In this document: piece by piece, positions 1 through 8,500 of the stretch
How the letters are laid out: each line of letters opens with the position of its first letter
How positions within the stretch are numbered: the stretch's first letter is position 1
IMG/VR virus record: IMGVR_UViG_3300032319_000846
Coordinates: 1-64,000 of that record
Length of the DNA: 64,000 bases
Reading direction: 5' to 3' (one strand)
Source of the DNA: a virus
Lineage: Duplodnaviria; Caudoviricetes
Notes under the pieces: model-generated
What the model was told of the DNA's origin: nothing
What the model saw: the letters and a program-made list of their open reading frames with translations, nothing else
The model's database searches: none
Translations under genes and position numbers: made by a program

Positions 1-85
1 AATATAAGTCTCATTTTTATCATTAAAATATCTATGAGCAATTGGTTCAAAAAATATCTGACTCATGTTTTGTGTTTGTTTGTTG

Positions 86-158
86 TTTCTCCAGAAGTAC
101 TCGAAACTTCAACCTACAAATTAGAAATTTGTTGCTCTTCCAATTGAGCTATGGAGAA
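86..158 (-). tRNA. tRNA-Arg (anticodon UCU)
   Basis: The reverse complement folds as a cloverleaf: acceptor TTCTCCA/TGGAGAA, D-arm TAGCTCAATTGGAAGAGC, anticodon arm ACAAA-TT TCT AA-TTTGT, T-arm GAAGT-TTCGAGT-ACTTC. No encoded CCA. Confidence 0.9.
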
Positions 159-169
159 TTACTTAATTA

Positions 170-322
170 CTATTTTTGCACTTCTTCTACTACTTCTTCA
201 TTTTGAGCTTTTACTTGTTTTTGAATTTCGATAATCAATTGATTACGAATTTGAAAATCTTGTGTAGCAATCAGTTGAATAATAGCTTCTACTGCTTGTG
301 GGGTTAATTCTAACTTAATCAT
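170..322 (-). CDS. small hypothetical protein (50 aa, not in ORF track)
   Basis: Manual translation MIKLELTPQAVEAIIQLIATQDFQIRNQ...; A-rich leader, same strand as neighbours. Confidence 0.55.
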   Translation of the reverse strand: MIKLELTPQAVEAIIQLIATQDFQIRNQLIIEIQKQVKAQNEEVVEEVQK

Positions 323-339
323 TGTTTTTTGTTTTTGGT

Positions 340-738
340 TTATTTAATTTGGTAAATTTCATCATACACTTCTTTATATATATTGAATTCTTCAGGAGTG
401 GTGAGGATACCATAGTTTTCTATATACCCTTCTTCATCTGCTGAAAATCCTGAATGTTTTCCTGTTATAATTTTCTCATATCTATCTTTGTAAAATCCTT
501 CTTTTTGATTCTTCCAAACATGGACATTCACAATTTTATTAAAAATTTGGAGTTCATAAATGCATCCTGCAATTAAAAGATTTTTCGTCTCTTCATTTTC
601 TTCATTTTCTGTTTCTAGCATTCTTTCAGGAATCAGAAGCATCTGCTCTACATCTACGTAGTAAAAATTCTTGACAGCATTTAATATTTCTTCTTTAGTG
701 TTCATATTAATGTTTATTTTCAAATTCTCACACTCCAT
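340..738 (-). CDS. hypothetical phage protein
   Basis: ORF track; part of a tightly packed leftward operon. Confidence 0.6.
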   Translation of the reverse strand: MECENLKININMNTKEEILNAVKNFYYVDVEQMLLIPERMLETENEENEETKNLLIAGCIYELQIFNKIVNVHVWKNQKEGFYKDRYEKIITGKHSGFSADEEGYIENYGILTTPEEFNIYKEVYDEIYQIK

Positions 739-1078
739 CTAAATTATCCATCACACTTAAATCTCTTGTAAGAAGAACACGATATTCATGAGAAATTTCT
801 TCTCCTTCCACTACAGCATCTTTAAACATTACTATTTCTTCTTCCCACTGTATGTTGTCAATTTGAATTAATAGTTTTAATAATTCCTCAGACTTATCTT
901 TACTTTCTACAAGAGCATTCAATATAACCTGTCTTAAATTATTTACAGCAGTTCTTTTTTGTTTTCCCTCTCCAAAAAATCTTCCAAGTATGCTAATGTA
1001 CTTATCTCTACCTCCACTTGTAGAAGGTTTATCTGCTCCTTCAAGAGATTTATAAAACTCAATTCCATTTACATTCAT
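728..1078 (-). CDS. hypothetical phage protein
   Basis: ORF track; overlapping start/stop with neighbours. Confidence 0.65.
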   Translation of the reverse strand: MNVNGIEFYKSLEGADKPSTSGGRDKYISILGRFFGEGKQKRTAVNNLRQVILNALVESKDKSEELLKLLIQIDNIQWEEEIVMFKDAVVEGEEISHEYRVLLTRDLSVMDNLDGV

Positions 1079-1305
1079 TTTAAAGAAGGTTTAATTGATG
1101 TTCTACTGAATCTTTGAGCATACACTGCTTTTCTGAATTTCCTATTGGTGTTAAAAAGCCGATTGTATTTTTGAAACTCTTCCAGTTTCTCTTGTGTTAT
1201 TTCTTCTTTCTGTTCAGGAATAAGAGCAGGGATTTCGAGAAGAGCATCAGCTTTTAAAGCTTCCATAGGATTATTTTTGTAGAATTCATCCAGTTCACTA
1301 TTCAT
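1075..1305 (-). CDS. hypothetical phage protein
   Basis: ORF track; ATGA overlap with the next gene. Confidence 0.6.
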   Translation of the reverse strand: MNSELDEFYKNNPMEALKADALLEIPALIPEQKEEITQEKLEEFQKYNRLFNTNRKFRKAVYAQRFSRTSIKPSLK

Positions 1306-1465
1306 AACTTATTTTTATGTTAATGTGTTTATACTCTTTCCAAATCTTTTCTTTAATTTGATATGAGATTTCCGCATCTTTATTAGCAAGGGTGATATAG
1401 AGAGTGTTATTATCTTCCACATACTTACCTTCTACTATTGGAAACTGTGATAAAAAATCATTCAT
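1298..1465 (-). CDS. small hypothetical protein (not in ORF track)
   Basis: Manual translation MNDFLSQFPIVEGKYVEDNNTLYITLANKDAEISYQIKEKIWKEYKHINIKISYE; directly downstream of the promoter at 1493-1522. Confidence 0.55.
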   Translation of the reverse strand: MNDFLSQFPIVEGKYVEDNNTLYITLANKDAEISYQIKEKIWKEYKHINIKISYE

Positions 1466-1492
1466 TGTCTAACTGGTTTTGATTAGGATGTG

Positions 1493-1522
1493 CAAATATA
1501 CAACATTTAAAATAAATGTCAA
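1493..1522 (-). promoter_or_regulatory. Bacteroidota sigma70-type promoter
   Basis: Minus strand reads TTG-N19-TATATTTG, matching the -33/-7 consensus. Confidence 0.75.
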
Positions 1523-1547
1523 GAATTATTTTATTTATTTTCAATAA

Positions 1548-2507
1548 TTAATTTATGTAAGCTTTCCATCCTTTATAAGAAGGTTTGTTTCCTTTTACCA
1601 CTTCATACAATTTGTTGCTCTTTAATCCTAATTGTTCTTCTGCTTTCTTATAGGAAGTAAAGACGTAAATTTCACCTGTTTCTATATTGATGATGGATTT
1701 GGATGGACAATCTCTTTCTTTTGGTGCTGGTTTAGTAAAATAGTCTTTTGTAGCATCAAAGTATTTTTCTCTAATAACAAGAGTGTTATTAATAAATCTA
1801 CCTTCTGATAACCTATTATTCATTTGGTCTTTAGAAAGATTGAAATGTATAGCTGCTTCTGTGGTGTTTTCAAATCTTTGTAATATGTAGTTCTCATTGT
1901 TTACTACTAATATAGCTCCTGCTGTGTCTGGATAATCAGTTCTTTCCTTTCTTTTTACTTTTCCCTCCTCTGAAAAATAATCTTTTCCCTCTTCAAAGTT
2001 TTCAGACCACATATAAATGTTTCCTTTATAACTCAATCTGATTTTTCCGTTTCCACTATTACTTCCATACATTATAGCATACATTCTTTTAATATCTATA
2101 TCTAAATCTTTTGCAGCTAAATAAATACTTTCCCAAGTTTGAACAATCTGATTTGTACTATCAATTTTACAAACTTGTTTTCTACTCTTATTTTTTCCTT
2201 CTTCAATAAGTGTGGCTTTATTTTCATCTACTAAGTTATATCCTTTATCTGTGTAAAGACATTGATAAAAGTTAATCCAATAGATTTCTTTTTCTTGAAG
2301 CTGTTCTAATGAACATTCTTCTAACACTTCAAACACAAAATTTTCTTCTTTGTACTTATTCCAAGCATGTTGTAAATAAGTGTTTACATGTTCATTTCTT
2401 CTTAAATGTGTTTTGTGTTGATAAAATTTATTGTGAATAGATATAGATTTTCCCACATATTTTTTGTTGTTTACTAAATTTGTAATAGAATAAATACCTG
2501 TTTTCAT
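1548..2507 (-). CDS. free-standing GIY-YIG homing endonuclease with NUMOD1-like C-terminal repeats
   Basis: MKTGIYSITN...YVGKS...F.FEVLE...E.YWI...GYN. The likely start is ATG 2507, since the ORF-track start at 2543 lies inside the promoter. Confidence 0.88.
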   Translation of the reverse strand: MKTGIYSITNLVNNKKYVGKSISIHNKFYQHKTHLRRNEHVNTYLQHAWNKYKEENFVFEVLEECSLEQLQEKEIYWINFYQCLYTDKGYNLVDENKATLIEEGKNKSRKQVCKIDSTNQIVQTWESIYLAAKDLDIDIKRMYAIMYGSNSGNGKIRLSYKGNIYMWSENFEEGKDYFSEEGKVKRKERTDYPDTAGAILVVNNENYILQRFENTTEAAIHFNLSKDQMNNRLSEGRFINNTLVIREKYFDATKDYFTKPAPKERDCPSKSIINIETGEIYVFTSYKKAEEQLGLKSNKLYEVVKGNKPSYKGWKAYIN

Positions 2508-2529
2508 TTTGTTTTGATTTAATTGAATA

Positions 2530-2561
2530 CAAATATAATACATATATCACATAAATCCAAA
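2530..2561 (-). promoter_or_regulatory. Bacteroidota-type promoter for the GIY-YIG gene
   Basis: TTTG-N20-TATATTTG on the minus strand. Confidence 0.7.
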
Positions 2562-2563
2562 TT

Positions 2564-2604
2564 TACCCCCTACTTTTTTATAAAAATTTTTAATACCCCC
2601 TACT
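2564..2604. repeat. direct repeat TACCCCCTACT x2 at the divergence point
   Basis: Identical 11-mers at 2564-2574 and 2594-2604 in an otherwise AT-rich spacer. Confidence 0.8.
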
Positions 2605-2726
2605 CTTTATAACTAATTGATTTTATGGTAGTTAAACTAGTGAATAGGGATGTGTTTATCACATAGATGGAAGACAATCCCCTCCTTACTGAAGTGCAGC
2701 TTGATAACCCCCTGCAAACAACTCAC

Positions 2727-3044
2727 ATGTCTTTGTTATCTTCACTTTCTTCTTCTACTTCTACTTCTACTTCTGCTTCAATAACTGAATCAATAGAAGT
2801 AGTTATTAGTTCATTATCTGCTCCTATTTCAGGAAAATACGGGAATTTCCGCCAATTCACAATGAATGGAACAAGTTATAATGTAGATGATTCTCGTGTG
2901 TTCAATGTTAATGTATTCAAGCCTAACTCTAAAGCTACATTGACATTGCAACAATACACTAATAAGGAGGGAGTAGAAAAGACTGTAATTGCAGGTCTTA
3001 ACATCCACCTTCCAGAAGGGTCTGGTTTGTTTATAATGAAATAA
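2727..3044 (+). CDS. first early protein, Ser/Thr-rich N-terminus
   Basis: ORF track gives 2667-3044; the likely start is ATG 2727 (MSLLSSLSSSTSTSTSAS), followed by a (TCTACT)n tract; a terminator follows. Confidence 0.6.
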   Translation: MSLLSSLSSSTSTSTSASITESIEVVISSLSAPISGKYGNFRQFTMNGTSYNVDDSRVFNVNVFKPNSKATLTLQQYTNKEGVEKTVIAGLNIHLPEGSGLFIMK

Positions 3045-3076
3045 GGAGTTAGGGGCTATGCCTCTACTCCTTTTTA
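3043..3076 (+). terminator. rho-independent terminator
   Basis: AAGGAGT-TAGGGGC-TAT-GCCTCTA-CTCCTT followed by a T-tract. Confidence 0.7.
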
Positions 3077-3413
3077 TTGTTTCACCTTTAAACATTGTTG
3101 TTATGGAACAATTAGAAAAAAAAACAAAACAAGTAATTGAAGATGTAAGACATCTGTTCGCTTTATGCGATACATATGAAAAACTATTATTTGTTTCCAA
3201 TCTAATTAATCCAGCAATGGATGAATTGATGGAACAAATAGATGTAGCTTCTTAACAGGAGCTACATTTTTCTTAAAACCTCATTCTGCTTTCACAAGGA
3301 GCAGCTATAGAAATATAGAAGGTTGAGTGAGAAAGTGAAAGTGACCTACTTAGTGGTTGCAAGGTAAATGTTCTTCCTTAGAATAGAACTACTATTTTTA
3401 ATGTAACTCAAAA

Positions 3414-3737
3414 ATGGAAAACATTATTAACATGACACCGCATCCAGTAACTATTTTAGATGCTGATAATAACGTAATTCACGTGTTTCCAAAAGGAAAT
3501 ACTATGATACGATTATCAGTATCCACAGTAGAGGCTGGTTCAGTAGGCAATGTAAAACTTACCAAAACTGTATTTGGAGAACCTGTTGGTTTACCAGATT
3601 TCAGAGAAGGAATTTTTTACATTGTAAGTCAGCTTGTTAAGAACGCTTGTTCTGACAGAACTGATTTATTAGTTCCTGCTGAAGTGGTTAGAGACGCTAA
3701 TGGTAACATCTTAGGATGTAAATCATTAGGTATCTAA
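3414..3737 (+). CDS. conserved phage hypothetical protein
   Basis: NxTPH...YIVS.LV...R.DLLVP...VRD..G.I.GC pattern seen in many phage proteins of unknown function. Confidence 0.75.
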   Translation: MENIINMTPHPVTILDADNNVIHVFPKGNTMIRLSVSTVEAGSVGNVKLTKTVFGEPVGLPDFREGIFYIVSQLVKNACSDRTDLLVPAEVVRDANGNILGCKSLGI

Positions 3738-3832
3738 TTACTTGTGGTATCAGAGTTATTGTAGGTGATTCTTGGTAACAGAATAGAACCTTCTACTCAA
3801 ATCAACAGAGTATAAGTTGTTGATATTTTTTA

Positions 3833-4201
3833 TTGTTAATTTTTGTTGTTAAAATGTTTGGAATAACCATCATTGAAACACAAGGATTTGACATTGCAGG
3901 AAATGAAATGCCTGAAGGAGGAATTTACGCTACTTATGGAAATAAGCGTGTTGTCCTTATTCAAGCAAATCAAGGAAATGCATACACATTTCAAAGAGTT
4001 TTGGAAGAAACTGTACATAACCCTTATGATTTAAGGATTTTGTTACAACAGTTGTTTTCTCCTAAAGCTATTGATAGTGTAATGGAACAATTATCCAGTG
4101 CTTTTTCTGAATCAACATGTTCATGTTGTGGAGGAGGTAAAGGTGATGGATTTCCATTTTACGCATCAAGATGTGTAGGGTCAGAATCTTGTGACAATTG
4201 A
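3833..4201 (+). CDS. hypothetical protein with Cys-rich C-terminus
   Basis: ORF track; start probably ATG 3854; CSCC...C....C tail. Confidence 0.5.
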   Translation: MLIFVVKMFGITIIETQGFDIAGNEMPEGGIYATYGNKRVVLIQANQGNAYTFQRVLEETVHNPYDLRILLQQLFSPKAIDSVMEQLSSAFSESTCSCCGGGKGDGFPFYASRCVGSESCDN

Positions 4202-4307
4202 GATTTTTCTGTTAAAATAGCAGATTAAGACTCTGAGGTAGTTGCATACTTGGAAACAGAAGCAACAATTAACAAATAAATGTAGCTTCTTAGGAGGCTG
4301 CATCTAT

Positions 4308-4856
4308 TTATCCTTTTGGATGATACGAGTATTCTGTATTGTTAAAAGCTTTAGCACAATGAGTTTTAGAGAATAGTCTTGCTATATCAGAACTAATGAT
4401 TCTACCATTAAAAGAAAGATATGGATTAAATATCCAATACTTAGTGTATGGTTTATCAGCTTCTTTTATATCAAATTTTCCATAAACTCCTAAATCCCAA
4501 AGCTTATTGAGAATAGGCTTTACTATATTTTTTGATACATCTAATAGTTCCATTAATTCAGGAATAGTTGTATCATCATTTAGTGGTTCTAATGAATTAG
4601 TGTGTGCTTTAGCCATTAATGCTAAAGTGTATGCTGCTTTAAACTCAATAGGTTTTAATACTCTCTTTAAATAATTCCAAGAGTTAGTATAATCCTTTCT
4701 GAATAAAGCATTAGGTTCAAAGATTTCTTTTCCTTCTGGAATGTTGTTAAATCTTTTCTTTACAGTTCTTACTTCTCCTGTATTTAAATCAACTATTGCT
4801 GCTGATTCATGGTGTTTCAGTTCCATTGTTGTTTTATAATCGTAATCTTTTCTCAT
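4308..4856 (-). CDS. RepL-like plasmid-type replication protein (wHTH)
   Basis: VDLNTGEV N-terminal motif, HTH-like IPELMELLDVSKNIVKPILNKL and C-terminal Y.FNPY are typical of RepL-like proteins; has its own promoter; antisense to the early block. Confidence 0.65.
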   Translation of the reverse strand: MRKDYDYKTTMELKHHESAAIVDLNTGEVRTVKKRFNNIPEGKEIFEPNALFRKDYTNSWNYLKRVLKPIEFKAAYTLALMAKAHTNSLEPLNDDTTIPELMELLDVSKNIVKPILNKLWDLGVYGKFDIKEADKPYTKYWIFNPYLSFNGRIISSDIARLFSKTHCAKAFNNTEYSYHPKG

Positions 4857-4873
4857 AATAGTAGTTTTTTATG

Positions 4874-4905
4874 TAAATATAATACATTTTTAAGCTGTTT
4901 CCAAA
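4874..4905 (-). promoter_or_regulatory. near-consensus Bacteroidota promoter for the repL-like gene
   Basis: TTTG-N20-TATATTTA on the minus strand. Confidence 0.55.
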
Positions 4906-5597
4906 TATTCAACCCAATATTTGGGTAAAATCATCCCATTTTGTGGGAATAAAAAGTGGATAACTTACTGATAATTATATAGTTACAAAAAGCTCTCTCT
5001 TTATCTTATAATAATTATTTTTACTGTATATTTACAGCAATTTACTTCTTCAATTAATTATTCTAAAACTCCATTCTATCTTCCAAAGGGATAGCTACAT
5101 TGTGTAGAGAGTTGATGGGAATAACTATTAAACACTTCTTCATTATGATAAATGTTGCACTTCTGGAAAAAGCTTTGAATTTTGATTCGCGGCCATTATT
5201 AACTAACGTTCTTCTCATAGAAGCCTTTGGAGAAAAAGTTCTTAATACCAAATGGTATAAGAAAAGAGGAATAGATATTTCAGAGTATCTTCTTCTTTCT
5301 AACTCTATTGTAACTATTAGAGAAATACGTGGTAAGCAAAAAGTAACTATATGTAATGCTTCTTAGAATAATGCAATTTTAGAAGGATTTCTTGAATTTC
5401 CAAAGTGTTTTCTCGGAAATATTTGAGACATTCTTCTGTAAGTGTTTGATTTACAGGTAGATGAGTGTTACACAGATACTATCCACTCATTTACTTTGTA
5501 TTTCAGAATGCTTTGTAAATCAAATTCTTTCTTTAAACAATATTACTTAACCTGATTCTATTTCTCTATATACAAATCACAATTAAAACAAAACAAA

Positions 5598-8500
5598 ATG
5601 ACACAATTAATTGGCTCTAATTATAATGAGCAAACAGAAGTATTTACTTTCTTTTTTCATAACACTGATACTAATTGGTATTATGAAATGAGTTGTAGAA
5701 ATTCATTTGGAACCAAGGATATGAATTCAAGAACTCCTACAATGTCAAGAGAACAGTTTGTAAAAATAGCAGGGGATAGACTTGCTTAAACAATTTTGAG
5801 TTCACCTGAGATTATATCAAAAGTGAGCTTTTTACTCACGTAGATATATATAAAACTACTTATTATATTAATAGAAACTCTGGTCAGGATTATCCTAATA
5901 CAGCAAGTATATTAATATAATAGTGTAGTTTAACTTTTACAACACAGAAATAATTGTTTCATTTTAAACTTTAAATTATGATTATTATTAATTTAAAATC
6001 AAAAATAATTGCGGATGTTTCTAAAAAGAATCTTACTAGAGAATTTTTAGAAAATCTAAATCAGGTTCTAATAATCAATGATTGCTACGCAGAAAAAGAA
6101 ACAGAGTTTAATTTTCGCGCTGGGTCTATATTAGACCAAATACATGAAGTTTTAAAAATTTGTATTCTAAATAAAACAAATTTTTTAATGGTAGATTTAG
6201 AATCTTCTATATTTAATTTATGAAAAGCAAACCAAAACAATACATCTCCATTAATGGATGTATCACTCCTTATTCTGATTGGGATAAGAAGTGATACATC
6301 TGGGAGATGTGGAAAAAAGATAACAGGATGTTGTCGAGTATTCTGAAGCATCTATGTTGAGAAACAGAAAATAGAATATTAACAGTTACATCTAACTGAT
6401 TTTTTCTTACATTTGATTACAATAAATGTGATTATAGAAATATAATAAACAGACAGTCCATGTAGTCATTGGATATTTATTGTAATTTAAAGTGTAAAAG
6501 AGAAAATTAAAAGATGATGATGTAATTGAATAGTTGCAACTATTCATGTGGCAGCAATAATAAAAAATAGCATAACAAAATGCTTAAATTTTTTATTATT
6601 GCGTTTGTATTAGAAATAATACATCCTAGTTATAATTTAACTAATTATAACATTGTGCAGAGCTATAGTAATATAGCTAACATTCATTTAAAAATTTAAA
6701 AACATGAAACTTTTAAAACTCACGTTTGTATTCATTCTACTATGGTTTGGAATTTATTTTCTTACAGCACTACTAATTGTGTTAGTATTTCAACAAAAAT
6801 ACACAGATGTAGTAATAAATCCTTTATTTCTAATAGTAGGAGGACTTTTTAATTGCTGTATCTGTGGAATCATTGTAGATAATTTATATAGAACAATTAA
6901 TTAATTCACTAAAACAAAAATGAAAATTACATTTAATCGAACTAAGACTAAGAAATTGAAAATTCCAGCAATTACTGTTAGTATAAACAGTAATGCTTTT
7001 ATTTTTAACGTGTATGCACATAAATGTACAGAAAATTGTACAGATGTGCATTTTGAAGAAAGTAACGGTGAACTCTTTATGGAGTTAAGCAAGAAAAAAG
7101 GAAATAAGATTGTAAGAAATTTTGAATTCAAACAATTCTCCTTTTCTGCTTCTGGTTTGAAACAACGGCTATTTGAGAAAAATAACAAAAAACCTATTTA
7201 CAGGTTTGAAATGGAATTAGTATCAAGACCAAGTAAATCAAAAAAGATTTACAGATTAGTAGAAATTACAGAATAATAAATTAAACACAAAACAAAACAC
7301 AAAACATGAAAGTGACAATCACAAGAGTAATGAGCACAAACCGTGCTACAGTATGTACAACACAAGCGGAAGTAGATGCATTTATCAATTCACTTACAAC
7401 TGACCAGTTTGCAGTGGTTGAATTGAAGCAGGAGGTTCCCAATGAAAATCTCACAGATGATGGAAGTGATATTTTTTCTGTGTCCTACAGATTGCAGGGT
7501 CACTCTGCTGCAATTCCTCAAAAAGCAACCAGAACCCTCATGGGTTGGTTTAATTTCAGCAAGCAGGCTTTTGAAAAAGCTGCATTTAAATTGAATGCGG
7601 AAGTTGTTGGTTACACTTTAAAAGAGAGTTATGTTCCCATCACTAAACTTGATGTAAAGTGGGGATTAGATACTAAGGGAAACGTAACTCAAGAGCCAAT
7701 CATTAATCCATCTAAGCAATCTCTTTTGCTTTATTCTGTAAAAACTCAAGGAGGTGATGTGGATATGCCAATGTTCCGCAAAGTGGATATTGCTAAAGGA
7801 GAATACACTCCCACTTTTAAACCTACTTATGTAGATATAGAAGATGATTTTGAGGGGAATAAGCGTGTGAATGGCAAGAAAACTGCTGGGTATCAACATT
7901 GGTTGAACGAGTTACATAGTCAGTATGTAGGAGATTTCAATAACATTGTTACAGCAGAAAATGCTACAATGCAAACAGCTTAATATGCTGTAGAATAATA
8001 TAAGAGAGCAGGATTTCTGTTCTCTTATATATTTATTAAATGTATTTTATCAAACTTATAAAAATTTCTCAAAATGAAAACTAATCAAATCTTTGTTCAG
8101 AAATTGTCAGATAATGCATTAAAAATTAATAACACTGTTTACAATCTTCTCACTATGAGTGAAAAAGAATTGTTACATTTGTCTCAAGAGCTTGATAGCT
8201 TGAGAGCACAACAATTGAAAAAAATTGCAACAGCAGAGAATATTTTTGCAAATACCACTGCAAAGAAACCTGTAATGCAGGAAGCTGCTTCTCAATTAGA
8301 ATTTAAATTTAAAAAGAAGCTATTTGAGAAGGAATTAGTGGCTTATGGAGAAGCTGTAGGTGTAGCACATACTAATTTAACAAATGCAAGAAAGAAGAAG
8401 GAAACTCTACAAGATTTAATTATGTGTGTAGGATTTGCATTCATTACTGCTGAATCTCAAGAAGAACCTACAATTCTTATGGTAAATTTATTTACAGATG

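Noticed and set aside
2747-2780. (TCTACT)n tract as a phase-variation switch
   Set aside because: The unit length is a multiple of three, so slippage changes only the Ser/Thr linker length, not the frame.
5063-5366. Overlapping ORFs 5063-5251 (-) and 5100-5366 (+)
   Set aside because: Non-ATG starts, no A-rich leader and atypical composition; cannot be supported as genes.
3256-6700. Known self-cleaving ribozymes in the early spacers
   Set aside because: No complete hammerhead (CUGANGA...GAAA with stems), twister or HDV-like consensus could be assembled by eye; left as unclassified structured RNA candidates.
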